A DNA stretch of 64,000 nucleotides. Origin: SAR324 cluster bacterium. Its GTDB lineage: Bacteria > SAR324 > NAC60-12. Within the stretch, counting starts at the first letter, position 1. The number at the start of each line of letters is the position of its first letter. Location of the stretch: contig JADGAV010000008.1 of NCBI GenBank assembly GCA_015231825.1, positions 78,515-142,514 of the forward strand. Reading direction: 5' to 3'. Positions 49,567 through 59,085 of the stretch are shown piece after piece. The notes beneath the pieces were generated by a model. The model was not told where the DNA came from. It saw nothing but the letters and a program-made list of their open reading frames with translations, and made no database searches. A program made the position numbers and the translations under genes.

Positions 49567-49816
49567 AATCGTTTTCTTTCTTCTTTGTATTTTTCCGGAT
49601 TTCTGCCGCGTCACAGTCGCATGGAAACGGAAGTTCCAGATTTCGGAATTGGGAATAAAAGGTATCTTCAAGCGAGAAAGAATATCCTACTTGTGCGTTC
49701 ATTTCAACCATCTTAAATGATAACGCAAGGTCCTTTCCGGCAAAATCAATTTCAGGGTTGTGGGGGAGAGGGTTTAAATCAGGGGAGGAGAATGATGACC
49801 TTCATGATTTAAGAAC

Positions 49817-50665
49817 TCAGCTGTTTTTCTGAAATAAATTCAAATAGTCTTCAACGACCTTTGCGGAAGGTAACTCCAAACATCGGGCGTAGGCATTGAC
49901 AAAGCTTTTCAAATAGACTGGAGCCTTCGGCAGCTTGACAAAATCTTCATTTTCAATGGCGCTCAAATACAATTGGCGGACACACGTTTCATGGGCCATT
50001 TCTTCGATGGTGATGGATTTCATTTCCCGAATCTGTTGGAGTGTGTTCCCGTTGTAAACTTCAACAGATGCTATAACCGGCTGCACTTTTTCATTCGTTT
50101 CTTTGTTTTTTTGAGCAATGGACTTCCGAATGTCAGCACGCTCTTCTAGATGCTCTGCCAGCAATTCAGAAATAGCTTTGGAATTTGATGAAGTTTCCAA
50201 ACGTGGTGAATTTTGATTCTCCATGGATTTTTTTTCATTAGGGGAACTCGGTTCTGATTGGATTTCCTGCTGATTGACTCCATCGGTTTCTGCATGAGCA
50301 ATTTTCTCTTTGTCTTTTTCAGAAGCATCAGAGGGATTCAAGTCCTGAAATCGAAAGGGAAGGTTATTGTTGGCAAGACTTCCCTTTTCCCGAAAACGAT
50401 CCGTTTCAACAGATGACTGAGGTGTTTTCTTTGATAGGGATTGATCATAAAATGCACGTGAAACCGGATCAATCAGGGTCATGTAGGCGTGTGTGATTTT
50501 TCTCAGAATCTCATCATTCTCTTCTTCTGAGTACAAGGAATAGGTGGCCAGCGAATCAGACATATAGGTTTGCGTTGCCAATTCATAGGCAGCGCGGATT
50601 TCTTCAGACGTCGCATTTTGAGCAACATTCAAAGTCTGATAATAATTTTCTTGTTCAATCACCAT
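49817..50665 (-). CDS. Degenerate J-domain + RodZ-like HTH protein
   Basis: NYY.TL.V...A..EEIR.AY..AY..L.DP..R..YD without HPD; C-terminal G..L...RE...IT.EE...T......AIE..D...LP..VY.K.F..AYA..L. Confidence 0.82.
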   Translation of the reverse strand: MVIEQENYYQTLNVAQNATSEEIRAAYELATQTYMSDSLATYSLYSEEENDEILRKITHAYMTLIDPVSRAFYDQSLSKKTPQSSVETDRFREKGSLANNNLPFRFQDLNPSDASEKDKEKIAHAETDGVNQQEIQSEPSSPNEKKSMENQNSPRLETSSNSKAISELLAEHLEERADIRKSIAQKNKETNEKVQPVIASVEVYNGNTLQQIREMKSITIEEMAHETCVRQLYLSAIENEDFVKLPKAPVYLKSFVNAYARCLELPSAKVVEDYLNLFQKNS

Positions 50666-50669
50666 CGAT

Positions 50670-51593
50670 TCAGGAAAGTTTTTCCGATTCTAAAAACCGG
50701 CCGTACAATAAATTGTCACAGACTTCAAGAACTCCAGAAGCAAATGAACTCTGTGGGAAAATTTCAAGCAATGGTTGTCGTTTAATGATTGATTGACGCA
50801 CATTGTCATCGTATTCAATAGATCCAGCAAAATCGAGTTGGATGCCAAAATATTTGGCACATGCATTTCTCATCGCAAATCCTATTCTACGATCTTTACT
50901 GGAGCGAATTTGATTGACAATCAATTTTGGATTGAAAGTGAGAACCTGTTCATCAACAAACTCACCAATCTCACTCCCCATCGTTCTTAAATGAGCAAGA
51001 AATTCATGAGGATTGCGAAATCCCAAACGGTCACTTTGTCCGATTGTTTGATCGACAATGCTGCGAATGCTGGAGTTCGGACTTTTCTGCCGAATTTGGC
51101 GGTAAAACGAACTTTTTACAAAGCGGTAAGCATTTTCAATTGATGTCGGTTCCGGGACAACAACAATCACCTGAATATCCGCTGCCAGAAAAAAATCCAG
51201 CGTATTAAAGTTACTCCCTGCCCCCAAATCAAGAATTATGTGCTCTGTCTCCAGATTTCGGATTGCACGAAGAATTTTTAATTTCTGAGTGTGTTTGGGA
51301 TTCGACACATTCAAACTATCCCTGGCACCGCTAATCAAACTTAAATAGGGAAATGTTGTTGGAACCACCACGTCCTTCAGCTGCCGAATATGTTTTGATA
51401 AAAAATCCGACAGGCCCATTTGGGGATTTGCAATCCCCAGGCATGTGTGTAAATTGGCTCCACCAAGATCACTGTCAATCAAGACAACCTGCTTCCTTTT
51501 TTTTGCCAGAGCGATTCCAAGATTTCCACTTAAAACACTTTTGCCGACTCCTCCTTTGCCGCCGCCGATTGCCCAGATAATTGGTTTTTTCAT
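50670..51593 (-). CDS. MinD/FlhG-family P-loop ATPase
   Basis: Deviant Walker A GGKGGVGKS, D.DLGGANL, ILDLGAG, PEPTSIENAY. Confidence 0.9.
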   Translation of the reverse strand: MKKPIIWAIGGGKGGVGKSVLSGNLGIALAKKRKQVVLIDSDLGGANLHTCLGIANPQMGLSDFLSKHIRQLKDVVVPTTFPYLSLISGARDSLNVSNPKHTQKLKILRAIRNLETEHIILDLGAGSNFNTLDFFLAADIQVIVVVPEPTSIENAYRFVKSSFYRQIRQKSPNSSIRSIVDQTIGQSDRLGFRNPHEFLAHLRTMGSEIGEFVDEQVLTFNPKLIVNQIRSSKDRRIGFAMRNACAKYFGIQLDFAGSIEYDDNVRQSIIKRQPLLEIFPQSSFASGVLEVCDNLLYGRFLESEKLS

Positions 51594-51786
51594 AGGACTC
51601 TGCCTTCAACTGTGAAGAGGAGATGATACAAACAATTTAACAAGTTTATAAGCAAATTACTGACCATACTGATCCGGCAGGCATTTTCCATGCAACCAGA
51701 ATCAATTTATTGAACGCCGGGCACCATTCTGTTGCCATCAAGAATCTGAATGAATACTAAACCCTTTCTGGAATTTTTAGTATTGA

Positions 51787-51809
51787 ATTAGGACTAAAAC
51801 AGTGCTATT
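51787..51809. promoter_or_regulatory. IscR/Rrf2-type operator candidate upstream of the fdx-grx-iscA cluster
   Basis: TAGGACT-AAAAC-AGTGCTA; the core matches IscR type-1 GACTRwwwYAGTC with one mismatch. Confidence 0.5.
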
Positions 51810-51979
51810 TTATAAAACTTAAATTTTTGGAACTTTTCGTGAAACTCGGTACACCCACAATACGATGCTTTAAACTGACGAGATATTTCCAGGCGATATT
51901 CAGTCAACGTCAATCGATATTCAGCAACCGCTAATCCGTGTAATGACAGTCTTTCAGAAAAAAATAAGGCAGTAACTTT

Positions 51980-52231
51980 ATGGCAGAATTGGCACTGATG
52001 TGGCCTGAAAATGCAGCAGGCAAATATTACGTGGATCAAGAATGTATCGATTGTAATTTATGCTCTGAAATCGCCCCTGACAATTTTAAAGTCAATGAGG
52101 AAGATGGTCATGATTATATCTATAAACAACCGTCTTCGATCGAAGAAGAAGAGCTGTGTATTGAGGCAATGGAATCATGTCCTGTGGAAGCCATTGGAGA
52201 CGATGGTGATGCATCCGGGAATATGCAATAA
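51980..52231 (+). CDS. Single-cluster ferredoxin
   Basis: CIDCNLC...AP..F and CPVEAI. Confidence 0.92.
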   Translation: MAELALMWPENAAGKYYVDQECIDCNLCSEIAPDNFKVNEEDGHDYIYKQPSSIEEEELCIEAMESCPVEAIGDDGDASGNMQ

Positions 52232-52249
52232 CAATAGAAAGGAAAAAAT

Positions 52250-52969
52250 ATGAAATTCAAAGTTGTGTCCCCTGAATCTCAAAATTCGTCCGGAACTGGA
52301 CAGGGTGCTTCCGAACGTATTCAGTCAATGCTTGATCAAAACCCGGTCTTTTTGTTCATGAAAGGAAACCCGGACATGCCGCAATGCGGATTTTCCGCAA
52401 AAGTGACCCAAATCATGAGGTCATGGAATATCCCTTTTGAATCCTTTGATGTACTCTCTGACCACGAGATTCGGGAAGGTGTGAAATCTTATTCCAATTG
52501 GCCCACGATTCCTCAGCTTTATATCAATAAAAGCTTTGTTGGCGGATGCGATATCATTACCGAGTTGTCCGAAACCGGAGAATTGCTTCCGCTTCTCAAA
52601 GAAGTCTTCCCAGACCGTGAATTCACTCCACCTCCACCTCCGGCTAAAATCAAAGAAATTACTCCGGAAATTGCTGCAGAGCAAATGAAAAACAAAACGA
52701 ATGCCAGGCTGATCGACGTCCGTTCCCCGGAAGAATGGGACTATGTTCACCTGGAAAATGCACAGTTGATTGATGAAGCTCTTGTGGAAGAAATGCTTTC
52801 ATCCTGGGAACGAAGCACTCCGCTGATTCTGCTCTGCCACCACGGAAACAGAAGCCGTGACGCCGCGCGGTTTTTTATAGAGCAGGGCTTTCAGGACGTT
52901 TCAAATGTCGACGGCGGCATCGACGGTTGGGCCAAAACAGTGGATACGGCACTTCCTTTATACCAGTAA
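52250..52969 (+). CDS. grxD: Monothiol glutaredoxin (CGFS) fused to a rhodanese domain
   Basis: FMKG..PQCGFS, WPTIPQLY..FVGGCDI; PPPPP linker; LIDVR..EW, CHHGNRS, GGIDGW. Confidence 0.92.
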   Translation: MKFKVVSPESQNSSGTGQGASERIQSMLDQNPVFLFMKGNPDMPQCGFSAKVTQIMRSWNIPFESFDVLSDHEIREGVKSYSNWPTIPQLYINKSFVGGCDIITELSETGELLPLLKEVFPDREFTPPPPPAKIKEITPEIAAEQMKNKTNARLIDVRSPEEWDYVHLENAQLIDEALVEEMLSSWERSTPLILLCHHGNRSRDAARFFIEQGFQDVSNVDGGIDGWAKTVDTALPLYQ

Positions 52970-53104
52970 CACTTGCTTTTATAGAGGAGTATTTGCTATC
53001 GGGGAAATTGACTGCATAGTTTTTCAGAAAAACCGCTTGATCTCCTCGAAATACTCCTGCAAAAAGTCTTTATTATTTTCTGATCTTCTCAATGTCTTAT
53101 TTAA

Positions 53105-53518
53105 ATGAGGAATGTCATGTCAACAACTGATCAAACTTCATGGATGACTCAGGCTTCCGAAGCAAAGCTCATTCTCACAGAAAAAGCTGCAAAAGTTTTT
53201 AAAGATGCATGTCTGGAAGAGGGGAATCCCATCGAAGATTCCTTCCTCAGAGTTGGTGCAAATCCGGGAGGATGCTCTGGCTATCGATACGAGTTGGGGT
53301 GGAATTCATCACAGGACGTTCAGGAAACCGATCTCAAATTTGTTTCCAATGGTGTCAACATTGTTGTCGATAAAATATGCCTGACAGAGATTCTGGGCTC
53401 TGTTGAAATTGACTATACTGACTCAAATATGGTAGAGCAGGGGTTCGTATTCAAGCAACTCAGAAATGGAAGTCAATGTGGTTGCGGAGAATCTTTTACG
53501 CCCGTTAAAGAATTATAG
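53105..53518 (+). CDS. Second A-type Fe-S carrier (IscA/HesB family)
   Basis: GGCSGYRY and CGCGESF. Confidence 0.9.
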   Translation: MRNVMSTTDQTSWMTQASEAKLILTEKAAKVFKDACLEEGNPIEDSFLRVGANPGGCSGYRYELGWNSSQDVQETDLKFVSNGVNIVVDKICLTEILGSVEIDYTDSNMVEQGFVFKQLRNGSQCGCGESFTPVKEL

Positions 53519-53519
53519 T

Positions 53520-54158
53520 ATGCTTTTCCAGACAGTCGATTTCTTTGCCCAAGGCCTGTGCACCGCTTTTATGATCTACAAGTGGATCATAATTATTGCA
53601 ATTTTTCTCACCTGGGTCAGAGCTGATCCCCACAATCCGCTGGTTTTCTGGATCAACCGTGTCACCTATCCTCTTTGGGAATGGTGTTATCAGTGGACCC
53701 CAAGGTCCCTCAAACTGTTCAACGCCTATATTGCCTTACTTTTTGTAATTTTTCTGCATGCACTGATTCCTGCGTCACTGCACTCGATCAATCTCGCTTT
53801 ACATCCCGGTCCCTCCGACATATATTCCTCCACGTTTTTAGTTCAAATTGCAGGTCACATACTGCAGGGATTAGGAATCGTCTCCTACAGCATCGTCTGG
53901 TTCGGAATTTTGATTTTGGCCATCTGGTTTGTTTTAACCCTTGTTTCTCCTGCTGCCAACAATCCAATTGTGCAGGTCGTTTACATGCTGGCTGATCCAT
54001 TGATTACTCCAATTCAGAAGTATCTTCCCCGGATGCAGGTAGATCTATCCCCGCTGGTCGGCATCTTGATTTTTTATTTGATTTCACGCTATCCGATTTC
54101 TTATCTGATGTTTTATGGATCTCAACTGTCGTCACCGGTTCAAGTTTGCGCCTATTGA
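53520..54158 (+). CDS. YggT family membrane protein with two YggT repeats
   Basis: W...DP.NP...I..VT.PL, then NNPIVQ....L.DPL..P....P....DLSPL. Confidence 0.85.
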   Translation: MLFQTVDFFAQGLCTAFMIYKWIIIIAIFLTWVRADPHNPLVFWINRVTYPLWEWCYQWTPRSLKLFNAYIALLFVIFLHALIPASLHSINLALHPGPSDIYSSTFLVQIAGHILQGLGIVSYSIVWFGILILAIWFVLTLVSPAANNPIVQVVYMLADPLITPIQKYLPRMQVDLSPLVGILIFYLISRYPISYLMFYGSQLSSPVQVCAY

Positions 54159-54440
54159 AGGGAGAAGAATGAAGCAGGGATATTTTCAGTGGAATGTCTA
54201 TCCTTTGCAAGTAAGAACCCGCTCGGGCAGACGACTGAACTGAAGGAATTCAGAATCTTTAAAACGAGAATTCTGCAGACACGGGAGGGAGGAAAATAAA
54301 AAAATTAAAATCCCCGCATCTCACTTCCATCAATTCGGACGATCATAAATTTGGTAAATTTATTGAAACTCAGGCATGGAAGATGTATTTTCGACTTAAC
54401 GACTTTTCAAGTGGTAAATTTTTCTCACCTTTTTAAAAAA

Positions 54441-56561
54441 ATGACCATGACATACAAAACACTTGCCTCATTCACCCTTGCCTTCCTGATTCTCAGCCAA
54501 TCCTTTCTTCTTGAAGCAAAAGAAGCCGCGGCACCACTTACAGGACGGAGTGTTGCCAGAATTGCTCAGCGTTTTGCAAGTATGCACTACTCTCAGCAGC
54601 CCATTGGCGACGAGATTTCTCAAAAGACTTTAAAAACCTATCTGAATCGAATCGATCCTGGACACTACTATTTCCTGGACTCTGATATTCAGGAATTTCT
54701 AAAGTATGAATACCGCCTGGATGATCTGCTGCTCCGACAGGGAAATGTCGAGTTGTCATTGCACATCTTCACTCGATTTAAAACACGGCTTTCGGAACGG
54801 TTGGACTATTTGGAGAGTCTGGAAAAAGAAACCTTTGATTTTAAGAAAGATGCGGCCTGGAAAATTGATCGATCTGAAGAACCCTATCCCAAAACAATGG
54901 AAGAGGCACAAAACCTTTGGAGATTGAAATTCAAATTTGATTTGTTGACCCTCACACTGGGCGGCAATACAATGGAAGAGGCAAAAGAACGTTTGCTGCA
55001 AAGAGCAAAATCCACCTGGAAAAACTATTCCCAGTATACAGACAACAATGTTGTTGCCCTGTTTCTCAATGCACTCACCAGTGCATTTGATCCCCATTCA
55101 ACTTACATGGAACCGAGGGATCAGGAAAATTTCGAGATCAATATCAAACTGTCCCTGGAAGGAATTGGTGCAGTTCTTCGTTGGGATGACGGTTACACGG
55201 TCGTCAATTCTATTGTTCCTGGAGGAGCAGCATTTCGTGAAGGAAGCTTAAAAGTCAGCGACAGGATTGTTGCGGTTGCACAAGGTGATGATCCATTTGA
55301 AAGCGTTGTTGATGTTCGATTAGGGGATGTGGTTCAGCTGATTCGTGGAAAACGCGGCACCCGGGTGCGGTTGCAGGTGATGAGGAAATCTGAATCAGGA
55401 GATGCGATTCACACCATCGCAATTGTTCGAGACAAGATCGTCCTCAAGGATGGAGAAGCAAAATCCTATACTTTGTCTCCCAAATCAACGGCCACCGAAG
55501 ATTTTCAAGCTCCGGAAGACTTCAAAGTCGGCCTGATCCATCTGCCTTCGTTTTATACCGACTTCGAAGGCCGCCGCAAAAATCTCCCCAATTATAAAAG
55601 CGCGACCCGCGATGTGAAAACCATTTTAGAACAGTTTATTGAGGACAAAGTCGATGGAGTTGTCCTGGACTTGCGCAACAATGGAGGAGGTGGGCTTGAT
55701 GAAGCCGTCGATATGGTCGGTCTTTTCGTTGGTAAAAAGCCTGCTGTTGTCATTCGAAACTCCTTTGGAGGCGAGGAAATCCGTACAGGCCGCCAAAAAC
55801 AAATCTATGCCGGTCCGCTTCTGGTATTGCTGAACCACTACAGTGCTTCAGCTTCTGAAATTTTGGCCGGTGCGCTGCAGGACTATGGGAGGGCAATATT
55901 GGTTGGAGACAAAACCACCTTTGGAAAAGGCACCGTGCAGAATATCTCAAGGCTTCCGCCAAACTTTGGTGCTTTGAAAGTGACCATTGCCCAATTCTAC
56001 CGGGTAGAAGGCGGTTCAACCCAAAACAAAGGAGTCGAATCTGACATTGTTTTACCCTCTCTCAACAATGTTTGGGAGATTGGGGAATCTCATCTGGAAA
56101 ATGCGCTTCCATGGAAAAAAATCAATGCGCTGAACTTTTCCCCGGACAATACGATTAAAAACTATTTACCCCAGTTGAAGTCGCTTTCTCAAAAAAGAAT
56201 CGACAACGATAAGGAATTCGTTAAAATCAAAAAAGATATCAATGAATACCTGACCAATGTTAAACCGCGCGAACTGACTACAATTTTAGGAATGCAAAAA
56301 GATTTTGAGAAAAATGAACGGGAACGCAAAAGCAAGAAAGAAGCAATAGAAAAACGAATTGCAGATGCTGCACATGGCCAGAAAATTCCTGATCCAGCAA
56401 AAAAACAGGAAAAAGGACTCGATACAGGTGAAAAACCTTCTTTTGACTATGGTGGAAAAGACCACATCCTCAAAGAAAGCCTATTTGTACTGGAAGATTA
56501 TATTCGCTATCTCCAGCAGTCTTCAACTGCTCAGGCTAAACTGAAACTCTCCCGGAACTAG
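54441..56561 (+). CDS. prc: Carboxy-terminal processing protease Prc/Tsp
   Basis: DPHSTY, LEGIGA PDZ, DLRNNGGG, SASASEI, TFGKGTVQ, STQNKGV..DI. ATG 54441 starts the signal peptide. Confidence 0.93.
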   Translation: MTMTYKTLASFTLAFLILSQSFLLEAKEAAAPLTGRSVARIAQRFASMHYSQQPIGDEISQKTLKTYLNRIDPGHYYFLDSDIQEFLKYEYRLDDLLLRQGNVELSLHIFTRFKTRLSERLDYLESLEKETFDFKKDAAWKIDRSEEPYPKTMEEAQNLWRLKFKFDLLTLTLGGNTMEEAKERLLQRAKSTWKNYSQYTDNNVVALFLNALTSAFDPHSTYMEPRDQENFEINIKLSLEGIGAVLRWDDGYTVVNSIVPGGAAFREGSLKVSDRIVAVAQGDDPFESVVDVRLGDVVQLIRGKRGTRVRLQVMRKSESGDAIHTIAIVRDKIVLKDGEAKSYTLSPKSTATEDFQAPEDFKVGLIHLPSFYTDFEGRRKNLPNYKSATRDVKTILEQFIEDKVDGVVLDLRNNGGGGLDEAVDMVGLFVGKKPAVVIRNSFGGEEIRTGRQKQIYAGPLLVLLNHYSASASEILAGALQDYGRAILVGDKTTFGKGTVQNISRLPPNFGALKVTIAQFYRVEGGSTQNKGVESDIVLPSLNNVWEIGESHLENALPWKKINALNFSPDNTIKNYLPQLKSLSQKRIDNDKEFVKIKKDINEYLTNVKPRELTTILGMQKDFEKNERERKSKKEAIEKRIADAAHGQKIPDPAKKQEKGLDTGEKPSFDYGGKDHILKESLFVLEDYIRYLQQSSTAQAKLKLSRN

Positions 56562-56574
56562 GCCCACCTGCCAC

Positions 56575-56613
56575 TGCATTCCAGAAACCTTTTTAAAAAG
56601 GCTTCTGGATGCA
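56575..56613. terminator. Bidirectional hairpin between prc and the dehydrogenase gene
   Basis: TGCATTCCAGAAACCTTTT / AAAAGGCTTCTGGATGCA imperfect long stem. Confidence 0.6.
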
Positions 56614-56634
56614 GGAAACTTCGATCGCAGCATT

Positions 56635-57648
56635 TCAAAGGTGGACCATCGCTTTCACCACACCGGATTCGGGTTTCAGCCAGTCTTGAAAATTTTCAAT
56701 CAAATCTGCAAATTCGCTATGATGTGTAATCAAACAGGACGATTTGGCCTGCTTGTTTTCCATTGAAGCAATCACCTGTTGGAAGTCCGCTTTTGTGGCA
56801 TTCCGACTACTCAGCAAGGTGGTTTCTCTTTTGTGAAACTCGGGGTCATTCAGACTGAAATCGCCGTCGAACAAACCGATATATACCATACGCCCTCCAT
56901 GCGCCAGGTAGTCGAGGGACTTTCGCATCGCCTGCGCATTGCCTGTCGCATCCATCACCACGTTGGGAAACATGCCGTCCGTGATTTGCTGAAGTTCTTC
57001 CCGTGCTTGAATGCCGGCATTGACGGTATACTCCACGCCCATTTCGTTTCTGCAATATTCCAGCCTGGCTTCATTAATATCCATCGCGATAACCTTGGCG
57101 CCTGAAAGCTTTGCAAACTGCATCGCACCCAGGCCGATAGGACCTGCTCCCACAACCAGGACATGCTCACCAGTTTCAACAAGCGCCCGCCGAACTGCAT
57201 GTGCTCCGATAGACAGGCATTCCACCAGGGCCATTTCATCCCACGAGAGAGAATCTGTTTTGATCAGATGATCGGTAGGAAGAGTGATCCATTCACGCAT
57301 TCCGCCATCCTGATGCACCCCGATCACCTGCATGTAAGTACAGCAATTGGTTTTTCCATTCCGGCAGGCAACACAGGTTCCGCATTCCAGATAAGGCACA
57401 ATGACCACGCGATCGCCTGCCTGCAGGCCATGATCGGGCCCCTCTATTTTTTCTATGATGCCTGCTAGTTCATGCCCCAAAACCCGGGGGTAGCTAAAAA
57501 ACGGCTGTCTGCCGTTGAATGCATGAAGGTCCGTTCCACAAATACCAATTTGCCTGATCTTGACAAGGGATTCTCCTTCCCGGGGGACCGGTTTGGGATG
57601 CTCTTTCCATTGAAAATCATGAGGTTTTTCACAAACGATTGCTTTCAT
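56635..57648 (-). CDS. Zn-dependent alcohol dehydrogenase family protein (sugar-acid dehydrogenase-like)
   Basis: GICGTD.H, GHE, C..C..C.......C, GAGPIG, SSRNAT. Confidence 0.9.
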   Translation of the reverse strand: MKAIVCEKPHDFQWKEHPKPVPREGESLVKIRQIGICGTDLHAFNGRQPFFSYPRVLGHELAGIIEKIEGPDHGLQAGDRVVIVPYLECGTCVACRNGKTNCCTYMQVIGVHQDGGMREWITLPTDHLIKTDSLSWDEMALVECLSIGAHAVRRALVETGEHVLVVGAGPIGLGAMQFAKLSGAKVIAMDINEARLEYCRNEMGVEYTVNAGIQAREELQQITDGMFPNVVMDATGNAQAMRKSLDYLAHGGRMVYIGLFDGDFSLNDPEFHKRETTLLSSRNATKADFQQVIASMENKQAKSSCLITHHSEFADLIENFQDWLKPESGVVKAMVHL

Positions 57649-57776
57649 TTAATTTTTTCGAAATTTGGATTTATACAAAACCTTAGTCAAAGCGAAAAAG
57701 GGTTTTATGAAAGAGAATTTAATTTAAGAAGGACTGTGCAGTACTGAGTGCAAATGTTTGATCACTTAAAATCTGA

Positions 57777-58649
57777 TCAGGATCTTTTTGAAATCAATTC
57801 GGCCAGCAATCCCATTAAATATATTTGCAGGCCCGCAAGGATCAGGCTGATTGAAACATTGCCGACCTGAGCAACCACAATATAGTCACGGACCGCTTTC
57901 AGTAAACCGACACCCATGCAGCCAGCTGCTATGGGGATGAAGATCCGCAAAGGATTGAAATACAAACCAAGTCTGCCGACCAATTTAAAGAATCGATACG
58001 TATCTGCAATCGGTCGAATGGATGATTTCCCCTCTCGTTTGTAATATTCAATAGGTACCTCCGCCAGTGTGTATCCGTGGCTGATTGCCGCCATGGTAAT
58101 TGTGGAAGTTAAGGAGAATCCATCAGGGTAGAGGGACCAGAATCGCATGGCCAAATCCCGCTTAAAAATCCGCATTCCCGAATTGAGATCTGCAATGGTT
58201 TCGTTGGCTAAAAAAGAAGCATAGCGATTGAGAAGAAACTTTGGAGCCTGCCGCAGTAATGGAACATCGCTGAGTTTCCTTATCCCGATTACCATATCAG
58301 CATCCTTTGCTTTTACCAAAAGTTGGGGAAAATCCTGATTTGGGTATGTCCCGTCGGCGTCGGTGATGCCGATCCATGGGTATGTGGAATGCTGAATCCC
58401 GGTCTTGATGGCAGCACCGTATCCCTTGTTGTGAGGATGTTCCAGGAGGCTGACATAGTTTTTGGTCTGCAAAGAATGATAGTCAAACCCTTCACCTGAA
58501 CCATCATTGACAATGATGATTTCAAACCGCCAATCCGTTTCGGAAAGGATTTCCTCCACCTCCTTGAGCGTTTTCTGAACAACAGCCAGCGCTTCCCTGT
58601 ACACCGGGATAATGACCGACAATTCATTGGGAACTTGGGATGATGTCAT
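57777..58649 (-). CDS. GT2 polyprenyl-phosphate glycosyltransferase (GtrB-like) with 2 C-terminal TMs
   Basis: IPVY.E, VNDGS, NKGYGAAIK.G, TDADGTY, DLNSG.R, R.GKS. Confidence 0.9.
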   Translation of the reverse strand: MTSSQVPNELSVIIPVYREALAVVQKTLKEVEEILSETDWRFEIIIVNDGSGEGFDYHSLQTKNYVSLLEHPHNKGYGAAIKTGIQHSTYPWIGITDADGTYPNQDFPQLLVKAKDADMVIGIRKLSDVPLLRQAPKFLLNRYASFLANETIADLNSGMRIFKRDLAMRFWSLYPDGFSLTSTITMAAISHGYTLAEVPIEYYKREGKSSIRPIADTYRFFKLVGRLGLYFNPLRIFIPIAAGCMGVGLLKAVRDYIVVAQVGNVSISLILAGLQIYLMGLLAELISKRS

Positions 58650-58662
58650 AACGTGATTTTTT

Positions 58663-59085
58663 TTACGATTGGGGTTTGAGCGCTTTTGTTTTTTGGAAAA
58701 CCAGACGATCATAAACAAAAAATTTCACAATCAGCAAGATTGCAGTCGATGTGCTGAGTGCGAGAAAATAGTGCCACTCGAATTTACGGTGAAGCATTTC
58801 CATCAATAGTCCGTCTGTTGATAAAAAAGTAAGGGAAACACAGGAATATTTAAACAAACGCCAGACCAAGCGATCCTTCACCTGAAATATAAAATGAAGA
58901 TTCATGAAAAAATAAAGGACGAAACTGATCATCAGTCCAATTCGATAGGCAATGACGGGATCAACAGAAAACACCTCCACCAGGACTGTCGTCAAAAAAG
59001 CTCGAAAGCCCCAAATCAAGCCGCCCCCGCTCAAGAATCGCAAAAACTTTCTCAACAATGGATTGTTCTGCAGCGGCATGATCAC
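58663..59085 (-). CDS. GtrA family flippase-like protein
   Basis: Four TMs, RF..GG, YFFMN..FIF, KF......VF; adjacent to the GT2 gene. Confidence 0.8.
   Translation of the reverse strand: MIMPLQNNPLLRKFLRFLSGGGLIWGFRAFLTTVLVEVFSVDPVIAYRIGLMISFVLYFFMNLHFIFQVKDRLVWRLFKYSCVSLTFLSTDGLLMEMLHRKFEWHYFLALSTSTAILLIVKFFVYDRLVFQKTKALKPQS

Noticed and set aside
51787-51809. Similarity to the CIRCE element (TTAGCACTC-N9-GAGTGCTAA)
   Set aside because: The spacer is too short and no heat-shock gene follows; an IscR-like reading fits better.
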